A stretch of 64,000 nucleotides of DNA from Adineta vaga (taxonomy: Eukaryota; Animalia; Rotifera), in assembly GCA_021613535.1 (NCBI GenBank), contig CP075494.1, positions 806,001-870,000 on the forward strand. The letters are read 5' to 3'. The notes under the pieces are model-generated. The model did no database searches, had not been told where the DNA came from, and saw only the letters and a list, made by a program, of their open reading frames with translations. This document shows, one piece after another, positions 9,951 to 23,420 of this stretch. Made by a program: the position numbers and the translations under genes. The stretch's first letter is position 1. Each line of letters starts with the position of its first letter.

Positions 9951-12900
9951 ATGGCCACCAATGAAGTAGTCATTAAACACAAACCTTTACCGGAAGTATC
10001 AGTAGTCACTAACCCAACGTGGAGTGCAAGTAGCGTAACAGTAGCAGGAAATAAAAAACAAGGAATATCTGACATTCAATTAAATATGCCACAAGGAATA
10101 TGCGTCGATCAACATGGTGGAGTTTGTTTCAGAACTGTGTTGAATAGAAAATAAGAATACGGTAGAGCATCATGTTAGCAGCACATCATATTTGAATGGA
10201 CAATTAATCTGTATGTAGCGGATCGTGACAATCATCGTATACAAAGATTCGAACCCGATTCAGTCATAGGAGAAACAATTGCAGGCGAGAACAATGGATT
10301 CGGATTGGCTTCAAACCATCTATATCATCCAGCCGATATATTTGTTGATTCCGCGGGCAATTTATTTGTAGCTGATCAAAGTAACAATCGAATACAGAAA
10401 TTTTCAAGGAACAGTAAACAAGGTATAACAGTTGCTAAATGTACAAGCCCCAGGGCGATTTTTGTTACTAAACATGGTGATCTGTACGTATCTGAGTTTG
10501 ATAAAGTTATGAAATATTCATTATCAAATTCGACACTGGAGACAGTTGTTGCCGAGAATCTTGAAGATGCCAGAGGCATCTTTGTTGTAGAAGGCAAATT
10601 GGATAATGATTCTTTATATGTAGCAGATCGAGCTCATCATTGTATTCAAAAGTTTGTTCTTGGCTCAAATATGAAAGGAGTAATTGTAGCTGGTGTCAAA
10701 GGCGAACAAGGGTTAGATGCGAATTATTTAAATTTCCCAAACGATGTCATATTGGATTCATTTGGCAATCTCTACATCGCAGATCATGGTAATCATCGTA
10801 TTCAACGAGTGAATGTACAAGATGGAACGACAGAAACAATAGCTGGAGTAACTGGTCGAAAAAGTAAAAGCGATCACCATCTCGCCTATCCAAAGAGTCT
10901 TGCATTTGATTCAAAATTAAATCTATACGTTAGTGATACGTACAATCGTGTACAGAAATTTGCTATCGAAGGTGAGTATGTTAGTTATTAATTTGATAGT
11001 GTAAGAAGAAAGTTTTAAACTGATCAACTTTCTGTGTTTTTCTATTAGTGATTACTACTAGTGATGAAATAATTAACAATAAACCTATTGAAGATATATC
11101 TTTATACACGATGCAATTGAAATCTGTTTCTTATGAATCATCCCTGTGGCCTGATCTATTTAATCGATTGACAACTTCAGAAATTGAAGAGAATGAAAAA
11201 CCTAAAATGGTCACTGTTATTCATCCTGATGGTAAATCAATAAATTATCTATGGAAAAAAACCCAAATCTATGAACAATTTCGAAAACTCTTCAACGAGA
11301 AAAGGTATTCGTTTGAAAAATTCATTCCAGTTGATAAACATCAAATTGGTCTTGATCTAACTAACAACAATCAATCTCTACTTCATCCATTTTTGTTAGA
11401 ATATTCTATTCTGGAAAAAACATCTTTGATACAAATCAAAATTAAATATGAAGAAAAAATCAATGATTATTTCACAACATTAGAATGTCCATTCATCAAC
11501 ATTTTTGATCGATGTTTGAATTATTCGAATTTGAATTTAATTTCGAATGAAGACAAAGTCTTTTGTTTCTTTGATGAAAATAGACGATGGATTTATGATG
11601 GAACTGTTGAAGAACAGAAGAAAAAAGAAATTTATATTACTCTCACTGAAATCGATCGATCGACTTCAATAAATGAAATTTGCTATCGAACTGAACAAAA
11701 CAAACAAAACAATTTCAATATTGATTCTCAAATGAATTTAATCGTTTTAGATGAAGAGAAAAAGGTTTTATTTCATCCAGATACAACATGGAAAAATTTA
11801 GATAAATGGTTTCGACAACAATCTATGGGAAAAAATCTTAAAAAAGATCTTTTCAGTTATTATCTTAAAGAGAAAAGAATTGTTGTCAGTGAAAATGAAC
11901 TCATTTTTTCATCTCACGAATTAATAACAATTGATGTGATTAATCAAGATTCAACAATGAATGTAAAGATCTCTTATGAAGATCAATCGAAAGAAATTTG
12001 TGTCTTAAAAGGGATGAAAGTCAATCAATTATTGAACAATGAATATTTGTTATTACAGTTAAATTTAAATGGAACTTCTTTCCAAGATTATGTTTTAGCT
12101 TTTGGAGAAAATAATCATCAAATAATCAGTAAAGAAGATACACACAAATCGATCAGTGAATTTTTTGTTGATGATGAACATATCGTGGAATTTCGTATCG
12201 GTATTCTCATTCAAATTTTCACTTCAAATCATGAAGAAAAACCTCAAGAAATTCCTTTATTTACCAGAAAAATATCAATCGAAGAATTATTTCAAATTTG
12301 CAAAGGATCCGAACGTCGCTTCAAACATATAGCGTCATATAAGACGAAGAAAATCCTCGCCATTTGTCAGTTATTAACTGATATAGATGAAACAAGATTT
12401 CTATTGTTAGAAGAGGATCAAATATGTTCGATTCAGATCCAAAGATCGCCTGATAATCAATTGATTAAAATCGATGACTATTCAACGATAACACAAGATT
12501 TTGCATCTGTTGCTACTATCGCAGATATCTATAAAGTCAATCAAACAGCTATTCAAAATGAATTTCTTTTATTTGAAAATGATTTTCTTCTATCGATGGA
12601 GACTTCCTTGTCAGTACTGAAGTCAACATCGACAATTCAATTCAATGTGAAGAATGAAAAATTACCTATTCATATTTATGTTGAGAATAGTGTCAATAAG
12701 CAAACTATTGATTATTACAGTTCGTTGACGATATCGATCCATCGTTTGTGTTTCGTAGCCTGTCAATTAATGCTTTTGAATCCAATCTTTTATCAATTGA
12801 TGCATGATGAAAAGAAATTAAGTGATGGCGAAATGTGTTTGAAAAATCTTGAAGCGATTTCAAATGAAGTGAAATTTAAATTGATTTGTATAGCTTCAAT

Positions 12901-13159
12901 AGAAGTTTCAATCAAATATCAACAAGTAACAATTTTGATTCCGTGCACAATGCAAACATTAATCTCGGACTTGATCAAAGAAACATTGCTAAAATTAAAT
13001 ATTCCGAATAATGATCTATCTATGTTTGAATTAGTCGCTCTTGGTAATCAACGAACACAAGTGGAGTTTGACTATACAATTGACGATATTCATCAAGAAT
13101 TATTTCCCGAAAATACCAAAACATTGCCATTCGAGTTAGAAACGAAGAACAGCGAGTAA
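9951..13159 (+). CDS. NHL-repeat protein fused to a ~700-aa C-terminal region (possible tandem beta-grasp-like domains)
   Basis: NHL ORFs 9951 and 10305. Phase-1 intron 10972-11048 (GTGAGT...TTAG) joins them in frame to ORF 11048-13159. AATAAA follows. First intron boundaries unresolved. Confidence 0.85.
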
Positions 13160-13248
13160 TCGCTGTCTTCATCATTTCGATTATGATAATTGTCATGCTT
13201 TTGTTTTAATAAAAATGATTTTATATTCTTAATTTACGTAGAAATAAA

Positions 13249-13295
13249 TTGAGGGTATGAGTGGTTATTTATCCTTCACTCACACCCACCCTCAA
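13249..13295. repeat. Telomeric-repeat palindrome copy
   Basis: TTGAGGGTATGAGTGG ... CACTCACACCCACCCTCAA. Confidence 0.75.
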
Positions 13296-13404
13296 CATCT
13301 ATCTACTTTTATTTCATATGCGATAATAATTATTTAATGAAAAAGGAAATATTAAGTTTTCAATTCGTTATAAATTCATCGGTAGTTGTTGTATATTCTT
13401 CATA

Positions 13405-14057
13405 TTAATGTTTAAAACCAAGTATTCGACGAATAATAACACCAATTTTTACGATAATTCTTATCAAAGTTAATGGAAATCCAGATGGATAAGTTTGAGC
13501 ATTATCAAAAAGTAAATAAAATTGCCAAATAAACTTATGTTCATCGCGTGAAATACCAAGATAATTTTCCAAGAATGCTAGTCGAATTCCATTATATCGA
13601 TTAGTTGGTTCAACACGGAAGCGAATAATTAAATCTTCTCTATTATGTTCCATCTAAAATATATGCGCATAGGGTGTGGGTGTAAGTGTGGTTGCAGAAG
13701 AGATGTTTACACCCACAACCACACCCACCCTATCGTATAAATAAATTTAAGAAGATTTTCTCATTTATATGAAATCTCTTTTCACTATGATTGATAATAT
13801 ATAGTAAACAATCATCGTTATCTTACTTTCACTTGTTGTTATTTTCGATATATATCTGGTTCAATGTTTGGATTCTCATTGGTCCGTATCACTATAAATA
13901 GACATTATGAAATATATCATCAATTTTCTCAATGATTCCTATTGACACTCACTCTTCGTATATCGCATAAGAAAGAAACCACCAATCGTTAAAATAACTG
14001 TAAAACAAATGATACATGTAATTAATAATGTTTTTCGTCGTCGAAAAGGTGCTCTCC
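13405..14057 (-). CDS. Small multi-exon protein with one predicted TM segment, unknown function
   Basis: Exons near 13955-14057 (RRRKTLLITCIICFTVILTIGGFFL), 13827-13890 and 13405-13653 with GT-AG borders; start unresolved. Confidence 0.5.
13669..13733. repeat. Telomeric-repeat palindrome copy (intronic)
   Basis: ATAGGGTGTGGGTGTAAGTGTGG ... ACACCCACAACCACACCCACCCTAT. Confidence 0.85.
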
Positions 14058-14810
14058 TAATAATATTCAAAATACATAAGGATGAAAAAAAACTTTAACA
14101 TAAAATCTCTTCTTTCAACAGCGATTATTTGACTAGATAAATATTTTGTTCTTAGAGCATAGACATGAGTATCTCTCTTTTTTATACACATCCTCAGAAA
14201 TCATTATACTATGAAAGATAAAGTGATCATTTCAATCACAGGTACGGAATTTCATTTTTTCCTGCTTTTCAAGTGTGTACACTATATTTGATTATAAAGA
14301 GTGAAAGAGAGATGATAACAAAAAAATGATTACAACGTTTAGTTTGTTTCTAGAATAAAATGTCAAAAAGTTCTTCATTTTAAATTTTAATCTTTCAAAT
14401 CATATATTTTTCAGTTAAAAAAAGGAATAGGGATGATCGTGACTTACTCAATCACTATTAATTCATGTTCAGATTTCATTTCAATTTGATTTAATACATT
14501 AAAAAATTGTTCTGATTATTTTATCGGAGAAAAAAGAAATGTTAGCAGAAGGTTTTTTTGAATATGTTGTTGAAGTTGTTTTTACGACTAAAAAAAATCC
14601 TTTTCTAAGCGTGTAACTATATAGTTTGAGAGTGTGTAAGTATAGTGTTCAAGTCTTCCACATGTGTTATTGATACTATTATTGTAAGAAAAATGTCTGT
14701 ATTTGATTACATTATAAAAGTTCTGATATTCTATGATACTTCTATAAGACTGAAAGACAAATAAAGAAATAAACAAAAGAAATCTGCAATCAATCCAATT
14801 TTTTTATTGA

Positions 14811-15059
14811 TCAATAAAAATGTCGTAAATATTCTCGACTATCTTCATCGTCATAATGATGAAAAGCATAATGTCTATGTCGTCGATGAACACCATGATG
14901 TTTATGGACTACAGCAGGTGATGGATGAATATGATGAAATTGTTGATTAGCAGAATAAAGATAATTTCCATTACGTTGATTAACATAACCACGTAGACGA
15001 GAATTTATATTATACCAATGTGCAGCAGTTCTAGGACCCATTCCTGTCGGAGTACTCAT
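14811..15059 (-). CDS. Small His/Arg-rich protein (82 aa)
   Basis: ATG-started ORF, TATATAA about 60 nt upstream, HHIHP...HKHHGVHRRHRHYAFHH. Confidence 0.55.
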   Translation of the reverse strand: MSTPTGMGPRTAAHWYNINSRLRGYVNQRNGNYLYSANQQFHHIHPSPAVVHKHHGVHRRHRHYAFHHYDDEDSREYLRHFY

Positions 15060-15506
15060 ATTGATGATGAATAAATAGAATGTAAATGAGTTTGGGTGGT
15101 TGATGTTCTATTCTTATATAAATGAGAAAATGTTCTATATGTTAAAAGATTGCTCATCAAAGATGAGTCATAAAAAGCAGTGAACCATGAAAAATAAAAC
15201 ACCTCTGTAGATGACAAAGCAATTTTTCTAATTGAAAAATATATGTCTATGTCATGTCCTACGTATTTCTGTTTAAATGATTGAAAATAAATGTGAATCA
15301 AATATTAGTTAAATATTCTTTTCTTGGTTTAGAATTTCTTATGTAAAATAATAGAAAGTGGCTATGCGCACGCAAATAAAGTATAAATTAAACTCTCCGA
15401 TCACATAAATATAAAAAAATGAAGTTAGACAGATCAACTAATTTAGAAATGTTTCCTCTTTTGGATTTTAAAGGAAATTGTTGAATTTCATTCCTTTGAA
15501 AACAAT

Positions 15507-15577
15507 GAGCGCGTGTGGGTGTGAGTAAGAGTAAGAGAAGAATAGATATAAATATCTAAGCCCACACCCTCAAGATG
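15507..15577. repeat. Telomeric-repeat palindrome copy
   Basis: GCGTGTGGGTGTGAG ... CCCACACCCTCAAGATG. Confidence 0.75.
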
Positions 15578-17216
15578 CGAATCTTTGTCGTAAGATTTAC
15601 AAATGAGAAATATAGTTTGTGAACTATATTAACTGTCAAAGAAGACATGTCTTTTATACTTTAATCTTCTATCGCTAATATGTTTAATCACGTAGAACGA
15701 AAAGAATCATACAGACGATAAGATGATTGAATAAAACTATGAATGATTTCTGTTATAATCATGGGAAATACGATGTAGTTGATTCGAACAAATCGCTTTT
15801 CTTTCCTTGTTTATATTGATAATATAATATAAGTATGAGAAATGTAGTTACTATCGTAATTCCAACAAGAGAAATGAATAAAATACAATATGTTTTGAGT
15901 CTTGTTATATGGTTGAGATCATAATTCCGATCCTTTCCGAGGATAATCACAATGTCGACAACATTTATAAATCTGATCGAATTAAATTATAAAAAATTTC
16001 AAATACTTGGAAAATAAATCATCAAATTCTTTCTGGTGTTTTCTTCTAGCTATTCTTAGAGTCCGTGATGTTGACTGATACGTTTTGTTTAATTTCATAA
16101 TATATTCAGTTACGATAGATCTATCATCAACCTATCGTCTAGAACATTAATTCTTTAAATTAGTATCCATAATCTATTCTTGATACGATCTTCAACATCG
16201 GCCAATAGAACATGACAATGACACATAACACGTGTCATCGATTTTCGTAGAATAATAATTCCAAAGACAAATGACAAAGAACAAATGAAATATAATGTAA
16301 AAATAAGAACCACAGTCGTTGAAATATATCAATCAGGTTTTTCTTCCGAAAGAATTTTTTTAAATAACGACGACATATCGAAAATTTTGTTTGTTTGATT
16401 ATTTTGGATTTACCTTTCGACATCATGAAAAAGAAATGAAAGAAAACATTAGTCATCATATTATTGATATTTCTTTTCCCTTCAATTCATTTTCTATAAA
16501 TCGAATCAAAGAGTTTTTTTCTTTGGATGAAAACTATAGAAATAAATTAATCTTCAAAATATATTATATTTGTTCACCTGTCGATAAAGTCTATATGGGT
16601 TGAGATGATTGTAAATAGATGGATGTTTAATAATGGTTAGTTATACTGACAAGAATATTAATACAAATCATCGGAAGAATTCCGCGATCAGTATTTCGAA
16701 CACGTTTACAGAAACTATCTGTTTTTTTGTAATGTTATTTTTACCGATGACACGTACCATTGTTATTTTATCTTTTCTATTGTGGTATATTCTTTTTCAA
16801 TTAAAAATATAAAATAAGCTAATAAATTTAATAGAAATAGTTGTATTATTTAGTAAATATTTTAAATCTAAAAGATAATCAAAGAAAAATTTCTTTATAA
16901 ATAAACAATGAAAAGAAATATTTTATTATTTTATTGAAAATTATTTAATAAAGAACTAAATAAATATAAAAAAACCAAAAGATTTTATTAAATTTTCTTT
17001 TAAATATTGAAAATTAAATAATCAACAGAATTTTTGTTCTTTTATTCATTAATTTCAATTTGAAATACAGATTTCAAAAACTTCAATAAAAAACTAATTT
17101 TATTGAATAAAGATTTATTTGAATTTATTTTTATTTAAATATTTTCATCTTTCTTCATCAAATGCAAAAATTTATTTTCTTTTTCTTTTAAAAATTATTT
17201 CACTTTTTATCAAGTT

Positions 17217-19203
17217 TTATTCATATAATTCCGAACTGTTGAGAGAACCACCATTGAATCCACCAGTAACTAAAACCGTTCCATTTGATAAAATTGTTGC
17301 TGTATGATAATATCGTCCAACTTTCATATTGTTTGTTATTGTCCAATTACCTGTTGTTGGATCATATAATTCAGCACTGTTGAGAGGACAACAACCACCA
17401 GTAACTAAAACTGTTCCATTTGATAAAATTGTTGCTGTATGATAAAATCGTCCAACACTCATATTCTTTGTTGTTGTCCAATGACCTGTTGTTGGATCAT
17501 ATAATTCAGCACTGTTGAGAGAACCACTATTCAATCCACCAGTAACTAAAACTGTTCCATTTGATAAAATTGTTGCTGTATGTGCATATCGTCCAACACT
17601 CATATTCTTTGTTGTTGTCCAATGACCTGTTGTTGGATCATATAATTCAACACTGTTGAGAGAAAAACTATTCAATCCACCAGTAACTAAGACTGTTCCA
17701 TTTGATAAAATTGTTGCTGCATGAAGATATCGTCCAACTTTCATATTGTTTGTTGTTGTCCAATGAGCTGTTGTTGGATCATATAATTCAGCACTGTTGA
17801 GAGAAAAACTATTCAATCCACCAGTAACTAAAACTTTTCCATTTGATAAAATTGTTGCTGTATGAGAAGATCGTCCAACACTCATATTCTTTGTTGTTAT
17901 CCAATGACCTGTTGTTGGATCATATAATTCAACACTGTTGAGAGAACCAACTCCACCAGTAACTAAGACTGTTCCATTTGATAAAATTGTTGCTGCATGA
18001 AGATATCGTCCAACTTTCATATTGTTTGTTATTGTCCAATTACCTGTTGTTGGATCATATAATTCAGCACTGTTGATAGCACCACCTCCACCAGTAACTA
18101 AAACTTTTCCATTTGATAAAATTGTTGCTGCATGAGAATATCGTCCAACATTCATATTTCCTGTGTTAATCCATCCTAAAAAAGAAAATTGATTTGAATA
18201 AAAATAAATGAATTAAGAAAAGGAAACCTTTCGATTGATAAATAATTAAATCAAATTTAATTAATTGATGATAATTTTGATTAATAATAAAAATATTTCC
18301 AAATGAATCAAATGAAATAGTTGACGGAGAATTTAATTGTGAATTTGTACAACCAATAATACAAAAAAATCCATTTTGTTTTTGTTGAATAATTCTTTGA
18401 TTATTTGAATCAATAATAAATAAAAATTGATTCAAATCTAAAATAATATCCGAAGGACAATTTAAATTAATTGTAAAATCTAATGAATGATTTCCAACAA
18501 TAGTTTGACCAATAAAAGATTCCGATTGAAATAATTGAATTCGATTATTATCACAATCAGCAACAAATAAATTTTGATTAAATTGATCAATAAAAATTCC
18601 TTTTGGATTTGAAAGTGTTGTTGATGTTGAACCTTTTGTTCCTGTTCCTGCAATAATCATTAAAGGATTCCAAGAATAAATTAATGATTTTGAAAGAATT
18701 TGATGTCGAGTTGAAATTGAACAAAAAAGATTTTGATTTTCATCAATAAAAATATCAAAACATTGTTCACATAAATTCATTTGTTTTTTTATTAAATTTG
18801 TTGAATTCAGTTCCATTTGACTAACACCACTATTGAATTCAAATGTATCAAAATATATTTCATTTGTTTCTCCGATAAAAATACTTGATGAACTTATTGA
18901 AGTATTTATTTTTAATATCAAAGTTCCTTGAAGAGAAAGGAGAAGGATTTGTTTTTTTTCTCGATTTGGAATAAAAATTGTATTATTTTTATCAATAAAT
19001 AAATCCGAAGGAAATAAACCAATTAATGTTTCATTTGCAATTATTGTTCCATTTGGATTCCATGATGAATCAAATGAGATTGACGGTTGATTATACGAAA
19101 TTCCTTTTTGAAAAAGAAAAAGATCAAAAATAATAAAAAATTGAAATAAAATTTTACCTTGAATTTGTTGAATTAAGAAAAAGAAAAAGATTGAAGAAAT
19201 CAT
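17217..19203 (-). CDS. Secreted NHL-repeat plus 7x Kelch-repeat protein
   Basis: Signal-like exon MISSIFFFFLIQQIQG, NHL exon, short intron near 18178-18228, then seven GRxxHxATILSNGxVLVTGG...LNSAELYDPTTGxW repeats. Confidence 0.88.
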
Positions 19204-20611
19204 TTTTATTATGAAAGAATTTTTTTGAAAATGTTTTTCTTTTTATATTTTGTTTTATAAAATAAAAATCATTTAACAAATATTCGAAGTTCATTAACCT
19301 TCCAAGAACTTTTCTTATTAAATCACACTTTTTTATTTTCTCAGAATTTCATTTTAAGACAACATTTCTGTTTGTTTAATTGAACAATATAAACATAAGA
19401 TTCATGCATTAAAAAATCTATTTTTATAATTTAATAAATCAAGTTTCATCAATTAAATTTAACAATTTTTCTTTATTCTATCAATATATTTTCAATAAGA
19501 ATTGAAGTCAAAACATTTTCGTCTATCTTAAAGTAATTGAATTGAATCAGATGAAATGTCTTTAAATAGTCGTATATATTTTGTATTTATTCTTCGAAAA
19601 TAAACCTTATCTTTTTTAATCGTAATAATTGAAATTAATTCTTCTTTATTGTCCAACTATGTTATATTCAATATGATACGATTATATTAACTTTTTCTAT
19701 CGTGATGATAATACAAACCATTGGAAATATTCGAAGTTTTATCCTCGCTTATGATGATAATAGTTTGAATTGATGAAACATTCTTGTGTATTTAAAACTT
19801 TCGTGAACATTTTGATAAATTCTAATTTTTATATTGTGTAAATCAAGGTGGAATAATAAATGAGATTCTTTCTTGAAGATCTATTTGAACATCATTAACT
19901 TATTGTAATTCAATTCATTCAATAAAACTTCATTCAAATGCAAAAATTTCTTTACAAATTATTCGAATAATTTAAATAAAAGAGAAACTACAGATGGCAA
20001 CTGACTCACAATTTCTTCCTTGATCTCTATACAACCGAAGATTACAGAAGTAAAATGAATGCATAATTAGATTTATTAATAATTGAAAATTTCCGTACAG
20101 CAAAATACATATCAAAGGATCGAATATAACTTATTATCGAAGAAAATAAATATAAGGTTTTCGTTATAGGGAATATAAAGGTATCTCGAGAATCTTGATC
20201 AACTACTATATCGAGAAATCTCACTATGATAAATCAAGGCTATCGTAACCAAACAATAATGAAGATGACCGTGTTTATTGGGGGTAAACAGGGACAAATC
20301 AAGAACAAGAAACATTGGAGAAAAAGAGAAAAAGGCAACTTTATATGTGTAACAAGCATCTGATGCCTTTTTTGTAACGTTTTCCCGGAAATCACATGTA
20401 TTCAGATGTAAGATGAATTTCTCGGAAATCAAAAAAACATTTTCCAAGAATTCTTGATAGTCGAAGTCGTTACTCTAAACCCAATACAGGAAATTTTTAC
20501 TGAGGTTGCCATGAAGGGTGATGAAATTCATGTTTAGCACAGTCAAAACTATTTTCAAAAAGAGTTAGAAGAACTTCAAAAACTACTGTAACGGAATTTA
20601 TTGTGAAAGAT

Positions 20612-20672
20612 GAGAAGGATGGGTGTTGGTGTTCGTTAAAGGTAGAATGATCACACCCACTGACACCCTCAA
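20612..20672. repeat. Telomeric-repeat palindrome copy (degenerate)
   Basis: GGATGGGTGTTGGTG ... CACACCCACTGACACCCTCAA. Confidence 0.65.
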
Positions 20673-20786
20673 TCTTAATCTTTCTTTTCTCAGTTGATCA
20701 GTTAACATATCCAGTTTTTTTGGTAGCTCTTTGATATAATCGACCAAAGTTTAGTAAGTGTGCATCGTGAAACTCACTAGGTATTA

Positions 20787-20879
20787 CTTGAGGGTGTGGG
20801 TGCGTGTGGCTGTGGCTGTGAGTTAAGTGTATAGCTTGACCGACACTCACACCCCCACACCCACCCACACCCTCACAAG
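20787..20879. repeat. Telomeric-repeat palindrome copy (spacer family A)
   Basis: CTTGAGGGTGTGGGTG...GTTAAGTGTATAGCTTGACCGACAC...CCCACACCCTCACAAG. Confidence 0.85.
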
Positions 20880-21215
20880 GCGATCGTCGTATCAAACAAT
20901 CTCATCTTCAAATCGATGGATACTAAACACGTCTTCTTCGCGTCAAATTGCTGCAAAGACAGGGAAATCGTTCCAATGTTTCGTCAGTTGAAAAATGGGC
21001 AGCTTATTGAAATTAACTGTCGAAACCAATAAAAGATTACAACAAGTATACCCATGGAGTTGAACGATGCACTCAAATGATATTCTGCTATATTTTTCAT
21101 CACAAGTCTAGAAGAAATTAGCTTCGGCTTTTCGTTTTTTTCTTCAATGCATCCATTGCGAACTGATTTATCTGCAACACTCAATTAGCTCAGAAGCAAT
21201 TATTTGGCTGTGCTA

Positions 21216-21423
21216 CCCTCTAAATAAAAAAGGTAAGGTGGCCGAACCCATCAAAAAGGGTTTCGTAGACGATGGTTCGGAGTGTGTACCCGCGGTCAGA
21301 TCCTTTTTAGGTTTCGTAGATTTTGAAAACCATTTCTTTCGATTTTTCAACGCATTCTGAAGCTTTTGAAATCTACGAAACCCTTTTGATGGTTTTGGTA
21401 ATACACCTTTTTTATTTAGAGTG
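21216..21423. mobile_element. MITE with ~55-bp imperfect TIRs flanked by TA
   Basis: CTCTAAATAAAAAAGG...CCATCAAAAAGGGTTTCGTAGA versus TCTACGAAACCCTTTTGATGG...CCTTTTTTATTTAGAG; TA on both sides. Confidence 0.7.
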
Positions 21424-21461
21424 TAGCTAAGTCTCTCTGTTTTGGCGCTGAACGGAAAGAT

Positions 21462-21680
21462 TTGAGGAGGCCACCGTTAGGCAAGAAGCGTAAATTGGTA
21501 AAGTCACAATCTGCTGTTCAACTGGAGAAGGGAATGCATCTGACTGTCAATGGAACACGAAAAGGATGTGCCTCTGGTAGCACAAAAGAAGTGCAAGTTC
21601 GATCAAGCATTGAATGCTCTACTTGCAAATGGGCTTTTTGCGTAACGTAGGAGAGAAGCTGTTTCTTGCAATACCATACG
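21462..21680 (+). pseudogene. piggyBac-like transposase C-terminal cysteine-rich domain remnant
   Basis: MHLTVNGTRKGCASG...RSSIECSTCKWAFCVT*ERSCFLQYH resembles the PGBD C-terminal Cys-rich domain; in-frame stop. Confidence 0.65.
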
Positions 21681-22136
21681 GCTTTTATGTGAGCATTTTG
21701 ATTGAGATTGTAACGATTTTTGAACTGGACTCGAGAGACAGATACTGATACTGTATATATTTTATTCATGAAAGAGCACACACTACTGTCTATTCCTCAT
21801 CTTTTATATAGCAGAAGGAATATCCAGTATCACACTATATCTGGTCAGCTGATCAAAACAAACTAAGTACATAGAAATATGAACTATCTAAGTGCAAGCT
21901 GAGGACAGAAAAAGATACAAACTATCTAAGCGCAAATTAAAAGAACACAGGTGAGGACGTGATAGATCGTCACACAGATCCAATAAAATGATGAAAAGAA
22001 CCAGTTTTTGATACAAAAAACTGTCCTAGAAGAGTTTAAATCTTTTCTTAGATACAGAAGAAGCTCACTAATATACGATGACGAATGTTGATGATTATAC
22101 ATGAAACGAAAGTGTTGTATATTGTCTTAAAAAACA

Positions 22137-22394
22137 TTAAAATTTACCACTAACCGATCCACCCACATCTGCATTAACACCGCATCCTGCATATGAGTCT
22201 GCCTCTCTCTGACGGCAATACTGAACACAGTCTGGTGAAGCCTTGTCTAGGGCGCAAAGCCGCTTGCATTTCATGTAACGGTAACAAGGATCGAACCAAC
22301 TATGCCAACCACCAAAGATGCCATTGACGGAGACTGCACAGAACCATAGACAAATAACCAGAGTGACAAGCAACGTTCGATTAAAAGCCATCAT
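22137..22394 (-). CDS. Small secreted cysteine-rich peptide (85 aa)
   Basis: Hydrophobic signal peptide ending VSVNG; six Cys in the mature part including two CxxxC motifs. Confidence 0.7.
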   Translation of the reverse strand: MMAFNRTLLVTLVICLWFCAVSVNGIFGGWHSWFDPCYRYMKCKRLCALDKASPDCVQYCRQREADSYAGCGVNADVGGSVSGKF

Positions 22395-22761
22395 TTTGTA
22401 TTGCTGGTTGTGTGTAAGGTGAGCTATTATAAGTCAACCCGAAGCCAATGTAATTCACTCAGTCAGTATGTCTGACAAAGCTTGTATTCGAACGAGAGAA
22501 TGAATCAATAAGCGGCGCACCGTTTATTTATACCGTCACACTGATGCTCTTATTGCACGTACTTGAGACCAAGAATATCAAGGTTTGCGATTTTTCTTCG
22601 GTAAAAATCATGCATATGGAAAGGTTAACAGGTTACGAGATAGTGTGAACAAATATTCGCTTGTGTAAGATTGTAAAATTAGTAATCGATGCGAAAATTG
22701 GCGAGCTTACATATATGTTAAAAGAAACTCATAAAACGTTGAAAGGTTACTATATTCAAAT

Positions 22762-23053
22762 TAGATTCTACCAGGACTTGTAAAAAACAAAAAGAGAAGT
22801 GACTTTACATCAGTCATAAATGAAGTACGAATAATAACTGTTTACTATAATTAGTAGTTTCAGAGCTTTCGAGCCGTCATAGGGTAATCTCTAGTGCGAA
22901 TCGGTATTGCCTGTGTGTGCACTCAGATGATACGATATTCAGAGACAAAGTTGTCTGAACTGATTTACAATGATCAGTTATTATTCGTACTTCGTTCGTG
23001 ACTGATGGAAAGTCATTTTTCTTTATGATTTCCGCAAGTCCTAGATGAATCTA
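22762..23053. mobile_element. Foldback/MITE element with ~80-bp TIRs
   Basis: TAGATTC..AGGACTTG...TGACTTTACATCAGTCA...GAAGTACGAATAATAACTG versus CAGTTATTATTCGTACTTC...TGACTGATGGAAAGTCA...CAAGTCCT..GAATCTA. Confidence 0.7.
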
Positions 23054-23337
23054 TTATTAAATCTAATTCTAGTTGCTTTTATTACATTTTTATCATCCTA
23101 TGAGTTCTGCATGTCTTCTTTTCAATTTATTCTACTGCTAATTAACATGATACTTGAAATACTCTGCACCCATGTAGAATATACACGCCAGTTCTCTGCT
23201 TAAAAAACAAGTAGTGCTCATCGGCTTCCGATTTACTTATCCCTACACTGAAAATTGGGACATCACTCTCCGTTTCGTATTTTTGTTAAGAGTGCCAGTA
23301 TATGCCTGTCATATTCACTCACATTTCGACAGAGTAT

Positions 23338-23420
23338 AGGTGGGTGTGGGTGTGAGTGTGGATTCTACATCTATCTAACACCCCACACTCACACCCCTCA
23401 TACCCACACCCACATCCTCG
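23338..23420. repeat. Telomeric-repeat palindrome copy (spacer family C, inverted)
   Basis: GGTGGGTGTGGGTGTGAGTGTGG-ATTCTACATCTATCTAACA-CCCCACAC...CCCACACCCACATCCTC. Confidence 0.85.
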
